From positions 864,001 to 928,000 of the forward strand of contig CP067995.1 of NCBI GenBank assembly GCA_045159875.1: DNA of 64,000 nucleotides, read 5' to 3'. A program made the translations under genes and the position numbers. Source of the DNA: a cyanobacterium endosymbiont of Rhopalodia gibba (lineage in GTDB: Bacteria; Cyanobacteriota; Cyanobacteriia; Cyanobacteriales; Microcystaceae). Each line of letters opens with the position of its first letter. Position 1 is the stretch's first letter. The notes under the pieces are model-generated. The model saw nothing but the letters and a program-made list of their open reading frames with translations. It was not told the origin of the DNA and ran no database searches. Positions 34,559-44,747 of the stretch are shown piece after piece.

Positions 34559-35180
34559 GAGATTACCTGTCGACTCTTGCCTTTACTATTAATATCACTA
34601 ATTGAGATTAATTAACTTAAGGTTTAAAGTTTATCTAGATATGTATAGACAAATTTGGGCTAGAGATTAAAAGTTAGATTTATCAACTCATCGGTAATGT
34701 ACACTCTTTCTGCCTAATATCAAGAAAATACTTAGTTATTCTCTATTTTTGAGTTATTTAACTGCTGATCTTTTCTTAGATTATCAAATTAAGTTAAGAA
34801 CAATTCAAGAAAATAATAGAAAAAGATTAAGTTGATTTAAACTCTTTAGTTTGACTGACTAATTGTTAAGCTGTTGTATATTGAAAAACTGATTTGATAT
34901 GTTGACTGATTTTGGATAAAAAATTACAGATAAACTATTATCGAATAATATCAAAAGTTTAAGAAATTAAAAAAAAACAGTAAAAGCTTTAAAGAATATT
35001 AATCTTCTCTATTTCTTAAGTTTTATTGACTTATTAATTATTATTTCTGGTGGAGAGAAGATGGGGGTTATATTGATGAGGATATTCATACAGGTCTAAA
35101 TTTAACTTCGATAATCATTCTATATTCCTATGTTAAATTTATATTGTTTTAATTGGTATGGTTTAGAGTAACCATCTTGA

Positions 35181-35221
35181 ATAAGAGTTGATTTAACTGT
35201 CTTAGCTAAATCAACTCTTAT
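35181..35221. repeat. Inverted repeat, 15-bp perfect arms, 11-nt spacer
   Basis: ataagagttgattta / taaatcaactcttat. Confidence 0.93.
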
Positions 35222-35938
35222 CTTCAAATATACTTATAGCAATTTCATGAACTTTTATTTGATGCTATTTTTCTTCTATTGAATTGACTTCCGCACTATT
35301 AAGTTTGTAGAAAATATAGATAGAATTATTTTTATTACTATTATTTCAGATTTTTCTTAATTAAAGCATTTGTATGTACTGAGTAATTATCAAGAAAACT
35401 TCTAGATATTATTAATTTTTTTTATCTTTTTCTGAAAACTATGAAATAAATTTTATATATTTTAGATTTTAAGTTCTTTTTTTTTAATTTTTCAATAAGT
35501 ACCAGAATCTTTACTCCACTGAGATAATGCTTATTGAAATAAAAATTATTTTAATATTGTGTTTTGTACGCCAAAAAATATGTAGTTTTTGATTTATTTT
35601 ATTTTCTATTTTCTTCTATTTAAACATAATATTTATATTTTTTTTGAGTCTTTTAAAAAAGTTACTTAGACAGCACTTATTGTTTAATTCTACCGGATAA
35701 ATTTTTAGGTTGATTTACCTCCAGATTTTTTTAACTACCTTTTTATTTTCCACTTATTTTAAGCTTATTTACTAAACATGAATTATAATAGCTGCAAGTC
35801 TTCACTAAAAAAATTAAATTACTTACCTAGTTAATAGATAGGATAAAAATATATATCTAAGTTAAAGATTATTTTATTAATGGTTTATTTAAAACTTTAT
35901 AGATTAGTTTGATTTTGAGAATATGGTTACTATTTATC

Positions 35939-37192
35939 TTAGCTTCTTTTAGCTAATTCAAAAGCTTCTTCAATCGTTGAAATTTTTCCTTCAATATAAG
36001 CCAATTTAATCTCTGTTAACAATTCCCCAATTTTAGGACTTGGCTTTAGATTTAAGTGTTCAATTAAATCATGTCCAGTCACTAAAGGAGAAGGATGGGC
36101 TACTTGATCTTTAGGATCAAGATAACGATCAATTAAAGAGAAAATAGCCTGAGAATTTATCCGCTTCGCTAAAGTTAAAATAGCTAATACTGGAAAAACT
36201 TCTCCCACTTTTAAAAAGAAAAAATACAATTCTCTTAAGTTCATATTACCTTGATTTTTTTGTAATATAGGTAAATAATTTAGAGCTTTAGTTACAGTAC
36301 GAATATCGACACGAGGATATTTTAAATTAACTAATTCTAACTCAGCTTTGTTAGGAATAGAAGAAGCTAAAACTGCTAGTTTTGCTTGTCGAATAGTTGG
36401 AGGATAATATTCAAAATCATCTAAATAATAGTTCAAAAAATGGCGTAAGTGCTTTGGGTTTAAATTTTCCTTTAACAAAGAAACTGCCTGATCAATTTTA
36501 ATAAGTTGATCTAGTTTATCCTCAGTTAGTTGTTTAAACCAGGGAGCAAATAAACCATCTTTAGCTGCATTAATTAAATTTTCACTTCCCCGAATATTTG
36601 ATAATAAGTAATTTAATTCATTTTGCACTCTTTCTACCGCAACTTGCCCAATTAAAGGAGCTAACTTACGAATAGTTTTTCTAGTTTCATATTCAATGGT
36701 CAAATTTAATTGAGTGCTTTGACGATACCCTCGCAACAATCGTAAGGGATCATTTTGAAGATTTTTTGGGGATATCATTTTTAAAATCCCTTGTTTTAAA
36801 TCTTGTAATCCATGTAAAGGATCAATCAATTTCTGCTCATGAAAATTATAAGCAATTGCATTAATAGTAAAATCGCGCCGCTTTAAATCAATTTCTAAAC
36901 TATTTCCTTCCTGTTGAGCAAAATCTACTGTTCCTTGTTTGAATACAACCCTAGCAATTTTTCTTTTTTTATCTAAAATCACGAATCCAGCATGATAATG
37001 ACTTGCTATAGTTCTAGCAGTTTCTACCGCTAAATCTGGTAAAACAAAGTCCAAATCCAGATAATTCTTTGAACAATTAAGAAACGCATCACGAACCGCT
37101 CCCCCCACTAAACAAGCAGTTGGAGGTAGCCACTTTAAACTAAACGGTAAAGAATCTGCCAATAAATAAGTTAAACTGTTTTGCTGAATCAT
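35939..37192 (-). CDS. tRNA nucleotidyltransferase, CC-adding type
   Basis: [27 protein letters not shown]. The segment between motifs A and B is short (VDFAQQEGNSLEIDL), so the flexible loop needed for A addition is absent. Confidence 0.85.
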   Translation of the reverse strand: MIQQNSLTYLLADSLPFSLKWLPPTACLVGGAVRDAFLNCSKNYLDLDFVLPDLAVETARTIASHYHAGFVILDKKRKIARVVFKQGTVDFAQQEGNSLEIDLKRRDFTINAIAYNFHEQKLIDPLHGLQDLKQGILKMISPKNLQNDPLRLLRGYRQSTQLNLTIEYETRKTIRKLAPLIGQVAVERVQNELNYLLSNIRGSENLINAAKDGLFAPWFKQLTEDKLDQLIKIDQAVSLLKENLNPKHLRHFLNYYLDDFEYYPPTIRQAKLAVLASSIPNKAELELVNLKYPRVDIRTVTKALNYLPILQKNQGNMNLRELYFFFLKVGEVFPVLAILTLAKRINSQAIFSLIDRYLDPKDQVAHPSPLVTGHDLIEHLNLKPSPKIGELLTEIKLAYIEGKISTIEEAFELAKRS

Positions 37193-37276
37193 TAAAAGTA
37201 ATTAAAGATAAACTTAGAAAACCGCTTATCTTAGTATTGTCTAAGACAACGAGAAGATGGATAGAAGAGAAGAGTA

Positions 37277-37527
37277 GTGTGTATTTACGTTAACTGCTAT
37301 TACACTGATCACCGTACGATCTACCATGCGGTGGAACTTAAATATGAACAACCAAAATGTTAACTAGTCATCCAACTTTTGAACTGACTGAACCAATCAT
37401 CAACGCTAACATTTGCTCTAAAAATGATTATATCGAAATGGAGTAGGGTGTGGTCGATTGTGAGAGTTTCCAAGAAAAAGTAGATAGGTGGTTAAAATTG
37501 CGTCTATGGGAACTTGTTCCAAGGTAA
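37277..37527 (+). pseudogene. ycf34: Ycf34 Fe-S protein pseudogene
   Basis: VCIYVNCYYTDHRTIYHAVE, frameshift, then HPTFELTEPIINANI..DYIEME*GVVDCESF..WLKLRLWELVPR*. Matches Ycf34 (MCICVNC..DRC..YHAVE...EMEWDVVGCESF); two Cys lost, one frameshift, one TAG. Confidence 0.9.
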
Positions 37528-37625
37528 ATCAGTCCATTATTGAAATATCTATATTATTTTTAATAAAGGTTGAGTTAGCGACCCTAAAAACTCCAATTGA
37601 TGATGTATTTACTGTCTACTGATTT

Positions 37626-38528
37626 ATGAAAGAACAATCAGTTATTGGAATTGATTTAGGAGGAACTGCTATCAAATTAGGGCAGTTTCTCAGAGATGGT
37701 ACCTGCTTAAAGTCTTTAACGATTGCAACGCCTCAACCATCTACTCCCAAAATAGTTCTAAGGACAATGGTAGAAGCTATTAATCAGCTTAAATTTCATC
37801 AAACCTGTCACGCTTTGGGAGTAGGAACCCCTGGTCCGGCTGATGCTCAAGGAAGAATTGCTAAAGTGGCTATTAACCTGTCTGAGTGGCAAGATGTCCC
37901 TCTTGCAAATTGGTTGGAAACAGAAACCGGACTTCCCACCACCATTGCCAATGATGCTAATTGTGCCGGGTTAGGGGAGACTTGGCTAGGAGCGGGGAAA
38001 AACTTCAAAAATCTGATTTTGCTGACTCTAGGGACTGGCGTAGGAGGAGCTATTATTCTTGATGGACGCTTGTTTACGGGTCATTTAGGAGCTGCAGGAG
38101 AATTAGGGTTGATTACCCTTGATTTTAATGGAACTTCATGTAAAAGTGGAAATCAAGGGTCGTTGGAACAATATGCTTCGGTTCAAGCGATTCGTCGAAT
38201 GACACGGAAAGAACCGATTGAATTAGGGCAGTTAGCTGCAAAAGGCGATCAAGAAGCCTTAAAGTTTTGGGAAGATTATGGTCATTTATTAGGGGCAGGA
38301 TTAGCCAGTTTAATATATATTTTAACCCCCGAAGCAGTTGTTATTGGAGGTGGAGTAAGTGCGAGTACTCCCTATTTTTTTCCAGCTACTCTCTTAGAAA
38401 TTGAACGGCGAGTTCTTCCTAGTTATAGAGCAGGATTACAGTTAATTTCGGCCAAATTGGGGAATCAAGCGGGAATGATTGGGGCCGCTAAATTAGCTTG
38501 GGAAAAGGTTGATGAACTCACAAGTTAA
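37626..38528 (+). CDS. ROK-family sugar kinase (probable glucokinase)
   Basis: IGIDLGGT, GVGTPGP, ANDANCAGLGE, LTLGTGVGG, GAAGELG, C.SGNQGSLEQYAS. Confidence 0.9.
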   Translation: MKEQSVIGIDLGGTAIKLGQFLRDGTCLKSLTIATPQPSTPKIVLRTMVEAINQLKFHQTCHALGVGTPGPADAQGRIAKVAINLSEWQDVPLANWLETETGLPTTIANDANCAGLGETWLGAGKNFKNLILLTLGTGVGGAIILDGRLFTGHLGAAGELGLITLDFNGTSCKSGNQGSLEQYASVQAIRRMTRKEPIELGQLAAKGDQEALKFWEDYGHLLGAGLASLIYILTPEAVVIGGGVSASTPYFFPATLLEIERRVLPSYRAGLQLISAKLGNQAGMIGAAKLAWEKVDELTS

Positions 38529-39604
38529 CGCTTATTTAAAAACGTCTTTGAAAAAAAAGAAAAATCGGAATTATGATAGATAATTTGTTGATATTAGGTC
38601 CTATTTTTTTGAAGATTTTTAACTTTTTTCATGAAAATACTTAAACAAGTCTATTCCGTTATGCGTTTATTTGAACACTAAATCTAAATAATTAATTAAA
38701 GTTTCTTACTGTGACATGAAAGTCTAATGTTATTTGTTTGCAATTCTTAATTACTTTATCGCTCAGAACTTAGAAGCATTGCCCACGGGGTTGTTCGCCC
38801 TGCACAATTTAGAAAATTTTCTATGATTTTACTACCTAAATTTCACATCCACATTTTTTTGTCTTCTTAAAAACTGCAACCCAAGGCACAGTAGCTTATA
38901 GAGAATTGTTATTGTTTAACTCGACAATTATAGTAATTCAGTGATCAACATTAAAATAGGTTTATTCCCATTTTACTTAAAATTTTTTAACCATAGAAAT
39001 AACACATATTTCTTGCTTAATTAAGCATTATCAGGAAATCAAGCAAATTAGCTCTTTCAACATAGTTTGATATAGTAATGAGAAAACATAGATAAAACTG
39101 ATTTTTTGAGATAAAAAAGGAGTATATACAAGGTCTATATAAGATTAAATACTTTGTAATTTATTACTATATAAAATACTTTTTTGGAAGGATGAACAGA
39201 AATTATTTTACTTTACAAAATAGAGGAAATATAACAATTAAAACTGGTAATTTAGTGACTATACTATCTAATTTATTTTTTCATAAAATCGTAATAATAA
39301 GTTAAATCTTGATTAATGGTGTTCAAAATAATGTTATCAACAATTAGATAGTGATCATATAGCCGAACAATAATTTCAATATTGTTTAATCTCGTTGAGT
39401 TGCTACAGCAATGAAAACTCAACTTATATTAACACTAACAGACTTAAAAAGCAATTGTTTAATATTAATTTTGATGTTAACAATTAATCCTAAATCGAGA
39501 GAGGTAAAAACCTTTACATCAATCATTACTCTTGAATCTATAGGATTTAATTGGGTAATTTTAAATGAATTTTTAAAAAGTAAATTATTTTATATTTCTC
39601 TATT

Positions 39605-39649
39605 TAAAAAATATCGATAAATTTATGTTAATTTTATCGATATTTTTTA
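39605..39649. repeat. Inverted repeat, 17-bp perfect arms
   Basis: taaaaaatatcgataaa / tttatcgatatttttta, with an 11-nt partly paired spacer. Confidence 0.92.
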
Positions 39650-40005
39650 TATGACCTTTTTTGATAAAGACAGTGATACCGAACTAATGATATTACATCC
39701 GATAGCTATACCTTGCTAAAAAATTAAGGATTTGACTCATTTTTATTGGTTGGATTATTGCTTTTTTTGATTTGACTGAGAATATTATGCTGATTCAGCA
39801 AGACTTCTTGCATTTTACCAATTATTTTAAAAAACTAATGGACTCAAGGCTAATGTACTAACGTACATATTAAATTAGACAATTACAGATAGGAGAAATT
39901 AGTGTTTTAGTTCCCGTCGGATATACTTACTGTGCCGAAGCATTTACTGATGCTTTAAGTCTCTGGGTTGGATGTTAATTCTTGTGCACAAAGAACCTCT
40001 CATAT

Positions 40006-41139
40006 TTAGTTCAAAAATCGATTAGGAGATCGATAAAAAGGCTTTTTAACAACTTTTGTCGGATATAATTTACCCCGAACTTCTATCTCAAGAGTGCTTC
40101 CCACTTTACTTAAAACACGAGGAACATAGGCGAGAGCGATAGCTTTTTCTAAGGTGGGGGATAAAGTTCCACTGGTGACTTCCCCAACCTTGTTACCGTC
40201 TGAAAATACTGAGTAACCGTGACGAGCAATATGTCGTCCTTCCATCTGTAAACCTACCAGACGATGGTTAACTTTTTGGACTTTTTGTTGCTCTAAGATC
40301 TTCCGTCCGATGAATTCTCTTTTAGAATCAAGATGGACCAGCCATGCCAAGCCAGCTTCTAGGGGAGTCGTGTCATCCCCAATATCCTGTCCATACAGAG
40401 ACATAGCCGCTTCTAACCGGAGAGTATCCCTAGCTCCTAATCCACAGGGAATAACACCAGTTTGACATAGTGATTGCCAAAGTTTTTGTCCTGTCTCGGG
40501 ATCAACCATCACTTCAAAGCCATCTTCCCCCGTATAACCTGTGCGCGCAATAAAGGCAGATTTTCCTAAAACCGTTCCTTTTAGGTGTCCAAAAAACTTG
40601 AGTTGACTAAGATCTTCTTTCACTAAGGGCTGTAATTTTAAAATAGATCGAGGACCTTGAATAGCAATTAAAACATTTTCTCGGGATAAATCTTTAAAAG
40701 TAATTGTTTTTATATCTAAATGTTCTAAAAACCAGGTCTTGTCTTTCTGGGTTGTCCCTGCATTCACAATAATAATGACTTTTTCTTTTCCAGTTTCCGT
40801 TATTCCCTGATAATATATAATAATGTCGTCAACAATGCCCCCTTGTGGGTTTAGAAGTACCGTATATTGAGCTTGTCCTTGTTGTAACCGTTCTAAATCT
40901 GAAGGGACTAGGGACTGTAGTGATGAGAGTAATTGTGGTCCTTGGAGAGCAAATTTTCCCATATGGGAGATATCAAATACCCCAGCATCAGTTCGGACTG
41001 CTTGATGTTCAAGCTTAAGCCCCACAAATTGAACCGGCATTTCCCACCCAGAAAATTCTGTTAGTTTAGCCTTTTGTTCAATGAACAGACTATATAGAGG
41101 GGTACGTAGGAGGTCAACACAAGGGTCTGATTTAGTCAC
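40006..41139 (-). CDS. gcvT: Glycine cleavage system T protein (aminomethyltransferase)
   Basis: LLRTPLY, FSGWEMPVQF, FDISHMG, ARTGYTGEDGFE, GLGARDTLRLEA, GEVTSGTLSP. GTG at 41139 is the likely start. Confidence 0.96.
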   Translation of the reverse strand: MTKSDPCVDLLRTPLYSLFIEQKAKLTEFSGWEMPVQFVGLKLEHQAVRTDAGVFDISHMGKFALQGPQLLSSLQSLVPSDLERLQQGQAQYTVLLNPQGGIVDDIIIYYQGITETGKEKVIIIVNAGTTQKDKTWFLEHLDIKTITFKDLSRENVLIAIQGPRSILKLQPLVKEDLSQLKFFGHLKGTVLGKSAFIARTGYTGEDGFEVMVDPETGQKLWQSLCQTGVIPCGLGARDTLRLEAAMSLYGQDIGDDTTPLEAGLAWLVHLDSKREFIGRKILEQQKVQKVNHRLVGLQMEGRHIARHGYSVFSDGNKVGEVTSGTLSPTLEKAIALAYVPRVLSKVGSTLEIEVRGKLYPTKVVKKPFYRSPNRFLN

Positions 41140-41194
41140 GATTCTATAAAAAATGAAGATGTAGAGGCCATTATTATAACCGAATTCCACTGGT

Positions 41195-42230
41195 ATTCTT
41201 CATTAGAGGATTCAAAGAATGGGAAACATCCTCCTGAAATTACTTTGAATGTATAGAGAAAAGAGTGAGAATTCCAATACTGTTAGCTACGATGATGAAG
41301 ACATGTTAAACAACAATCTGATTTGCTAACTTTCTGCAGTTTGACCCAAGAGTACACGCTGAGAAGTATTTAGCAAAACTAATCTTTTCCCCTGAGATTT
41401 GAATAGATTCCTCCAAACAGAATTCGAACAATATTCTTCCCTAATTTGTTCAACTCTCTTGCATAAATTGTTAGTGTAGCAGGCATTTAGAAGAAATTCT
41501 CCCCAATGAGCAGTTCAACTAAAGTCCTCACGGCAGGAGAATGTGACTAATAACGATTGTGCAGTTTTTTCCAGTTAGTTTAGATCTGATAAAATTAAGT
41601 GAAGAGACTATTAACCAATATTATACTATGATGTAATCATGGATTACAGATAAGTTTGGTCATATTACAGCCATTATTATGGTCAGGTAAAAAATAGGCA
41701 TCTGTACTATCAAAATGTTTTTCCTTGTCAAGATTAAAAAACATTCTTTGAAAGGAACAATACAGGAAGGAAATTGTGGTAATAAGTCTAAGCAAACACC
41801 ACAAGCGTGGGCCACGTTGCCATTTAAATATCTTGTCTTGTCAATTGATGCTTGATGTATGAGAACGCAAGAAACTTAAAATTCTCTGTCCTAATCCTAG
41901 GAAAAAAAACGATGACGGCACACTCCTTCCCTGAACAAAAGACTAACAAAATGTGCTTTAAACAGAATATTTTTTTGGCTGACGGTAATAGAAAAATGTA
42001 TCTGCATCCTTAAGGACTCAATCAGGTCATGAATAAATCTTCCCCTTGGTAGATGACCTGCTGGTAGTAATTCAATAGTTAGATTTTTGAATAGTCTAAT
42101 CGGCAATTACCGGATAAAACAGCCTATATTAGTTGAATAAAGAGCATAAATTAGAGATTCCGTCTTTATGAACTCTTTCAGTCAGCCGTCTTAATAGGAA
42201 AGGAAATATAAGGGTTAGAACAAAAATTTG
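41195..42230 (-). pseudogene. Decayed metallo-beta-lactamase-fold (beta-CASP-like) hydrolase gene
   Basis: Fragments in shifting frames: LTIELLPAGHLP, LGLGQRILSFLRSH, GNVAHACGVCLDLLPQFP, QGKRLVLLNTSQR and Cys-rich tail CLTCLHH..WNSHSFLYTFKV..GCFPFFE. Their order matches the cyanobacterial family. Boundaries approximate. Confidence 0.75.
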
Positions 42231-42275
42231 CTGGGGAAGTCCTTTGTCCTCGTCCTTAAATCTATCCAAAGTCCT

Positions 42276-42398
42276 TTAGTGAGCCGATCCATTACCATGG
42301 TAGTCATCAGAGTCATAAAATCCATTTTTTGTCCCGAAAAAGAGGCTCGAAACAATAAATAAACCGGTTAAAATTGCTAGAACTAATTTAACATCCAT
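42276..42398 (-). CDS. ndhP: NDH-1L complex small subunit NdhP (40 aa; not in ORF track)
   Basis: ATG..TAA encodes MDVKLVLAILTGLFIVSSLFFGTKNGFYDSDDYHGNGSAH: one TM helix plus the diagnostic FFGT(K/R)NGFYD..YHGNGSAH tail. Confidence 0.93.
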   Translation of the reverse strand: MDVKLVLAILTGLFIVSSLFFGTKNGFYDSDDYHGNGSAH

Positions 42399-42486
42399 AA
42401 TATCTTGAGTGGCTTTTCACTTTAATATTAGACAATAAACAGTATAGCTGTTGATGTTTTTGATGCCTTCAAAAGTGATAACTTTC

Positions 42487-44436
42487 TTAAGAGTTAACGA
42501 CCTGTTGAAAAAAGTCCTCCCTAGTAGGTTCATCCACAGGGAAAGCAATGGGAACTTCTTCGACTTCTGGTAAAGGCTTTACTACCAACTCTTTCAACTC
42601 CTTAGAAGATTTAATACCACCCGATAGGCGTTTAAGCAGTTTGGGACGAGGATCATGAAGTAGATAAATAATTTCATCGTCTTGCTGCCAATCTTGAGTT
42701 GCTTTAACCACCTGTAAGCTTCCTTGCCGTTTAATTAATAGAGGTAAGAGTTCTCCGGATCGAATCAAGGATTGAAAATGGGCTTGTTGTAGGGAAAGTC
42801 CAGGTTCTTTAAACTGGGTTTTCCCTAACTTCATTTGTTCTTCTCGTAAGTATTGATTCCAAGTTTTAATTAATTGTTGGTCTATGAAAGCTGCATTAAC
42901 TTTGCTTTTGTTGGTCGTAGAATTATTAGGTGTATTACTTGGAAAGACTGCAAATACTCTAGGGGGTTTAAATTCCTCCACAGCACGCTGAGCTAAGACG
43001 AGATTGACTTCTCCATTACTGGTCAAAGCCATAAAATTTCCCATTGAGTAAATCCCTGCTTGTTCTAGAACGTCAGGATCGAGTCCACTGCTTTGAAATA
43101 CTGATAAACCTTCAGCTTCAGCTTGCTGACATGCTTCAGGATCGGTATCAATTAACACAACAGACTCTCCCTGTTGTTGAAAAAGTCTTCCAATTAAGCG
43201 TCCTATGTCATTACCCCCGACAATAACTGCCCCTGTAGCCTCTATAGAATTAATCTTTAATGCTTGGGCAACCCAACGGGCTGATAATCCTTGAAGAAAG
43301 ACAGTCATCATAATTGTTAAGAACACTAGAGCTTTAATTGACTCTCCACCGTTAATTCCTTTTTCTGTTAGTAAAATAGCAAATAGAGAAGCAACAGATG
43401 CCGAAACAATCCCTCGTGGGGCAATCCAAGCTAAAAAGAGTTTTTGTCGCCAATGAAGATCACTGTTCCATGTACACAGGGCAACACTAATTGGTCTGAC
43501 CACTAACATCAGGATGAGAACGGTGAACACACTCCCCCATCCCAAGGCAAAAATACTGTCAATGGAAAGATCAGCTGCCAAAAGAATGAAGAGAACTGAG
43601 ACACAAAGAACGGTTAATTGTTCTTTAAACCGCCGTAATAAACGTTCTTCTGGGACAGAGGAAGCTCTAACCACAATCCCGGCAACCACAGTAGCCATCA
43701 ACCCCGATTCACTGAGACTGAATTGAGCTAGACCAAACAATCCCCAGACTCCCGCTAAAACTACTAGATTTTTTAAATCTTCTGAGATAAAACTGGTATT
43801 TTTGAGGATAAAGCCTAGTAAAGCTCCACTAAGTCCTCCAATAATTGCCCCAATCCCTAATCGTAAAAGAACGCTGCTAAAAATTTCTACCGGACTAGCA
43901 TTACTGTTCAGAATAGTATCTAAAACTACCACTGCTAAGATGGCTCCTACTGGATCAATGAGAACTCCTTCGCTTTCGAGAAGAGTAGCCACTTGACGAT
44001 CCACTGAAACCTGTTTAAGTAAGGGACTAATCACTGTAGGTCCAGTAACTACCACTAATGCCGCGTAGAGAAAAGCGATGGACCAGGGAAATTCCGCCAA
44101 CCAATGGGCTGCCATACCGCCACCAATTAAGGTAATAAGAATACCAATGGTAACGAGATTTTGCAAGCTACCTGATACTTTTCCTAAATCTCGCAGTTCT
44201 AGGCTTAATCCTCCTTCGAATAAAATAATAGCCACAGATAAGGCAACCAAAACTTCTAGTCCTACTCCTAGTTGATGAGGATAGAGAAATTTAAAGACAT
44301 CAGGTCCAAGTAAAATTCCAAACAATAGCAAAAAAACAATACTTGGGACCTTGAAAAATTCAGCGGTCACTTGAGCAGCAATGCCACCAAGAACAGCGAT
44401 CACAATTTGCAGGGTCAGTTGAAACGATCCTTCCAT
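42487..44436 (-). CDS. CPA1 cation:proton antiporter with TrkA-N (RCK) domain
   Basis: ILFEGGLSL, VVTGPTVI, ESEGVLIDPVG, WIAPRGIVSAS, C-terminal IVGGNDIGRLIG..VLIDTD. Confidence 0.9.
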   Translation of the reverse strand: MEGSFQLTLQIVIAVLGGIAAQVTAEFFKVPSIVFLLLFGILLGPDVFKFLYPHQLGVGLEVLVALSVAIILFEGGLSLELRDLGKVSGSLQNLVTIGILITLIGGGMAAHWLAEFPWSIAFLYAALVVVTGPTVISPLLKQVSVDRQVATLLESEGVLIDPVGAILAVVVLDTILNSNASPVEIFSSVLLRLGIGAIIGGLSGALLGFILKNTSFISEDLKNLVVLAGVWGLFGLAQFSLSESGLMATVVAGIVVRASSVPEERLLRRFKEQLTVLCVSVLFILLAADLSIDSIFALGWGSVFTVLILMLVVRPISVALCTWNSDLHWRQKLFLAWIAPRGIVSASVASLFAILLTEKGINGGESIKALVFLTIMMTVFLQGLSARWVAQALKINSIEATGAVIVGGNDIGRLIGRLFQQQGESVVLIDTDPEACQQAEAEGLSVFQSSGLDPDVLEQAGIYSMGNFMALTSNGEVNLVLAQRAVEEFKPPRVFAVFPSNTPNNSTTNKSKVNAAFIDQQLIKTWNQYLREEQMKLGKTQFKEPGLSLQQAHFQSLIRSGELLPLLIKRQGSLQVVKATQDWQQDDEIIYLLHDPRPKLLKRLSGGIKSSKELKELVVKPLPEVEEVPIAFPVDEPTREDFFQQVVNS

Positions 44437-44747
44437 AGGCTTACTTCAGTGGCCGGCAATATTTAAGGGGACGATTACTATCGATTACTTTTAGCTTCAA
44501 ATTAATAGCTTATTGCAGCTTCAATTTTTCCTTAAATATTAAAATAATAGGACTTTACAGTTTCATAGTCACTCTGGGTATTCTAACATTTAGATTCTAG
44601 AAGCCGTCATCGAATCAACAATTAAATTAAATGATGGACTGATACTAGATATTGAATCCGATAAATGTGATTGGTTCAGCTTCTAGGGAACACTCGATCA
44701 TCCTAGTATTTTTTTTGTCTCTTATCTATCACCTTTATCTCCCTAAG

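Noticed and set aside
39411..39620. 69-aa ORF in AT-rich spacer
   Set aside because: Low-complexity L/I/K/N/T composition expected by chance in AT-rich DNA; it ends inside a palindrome.
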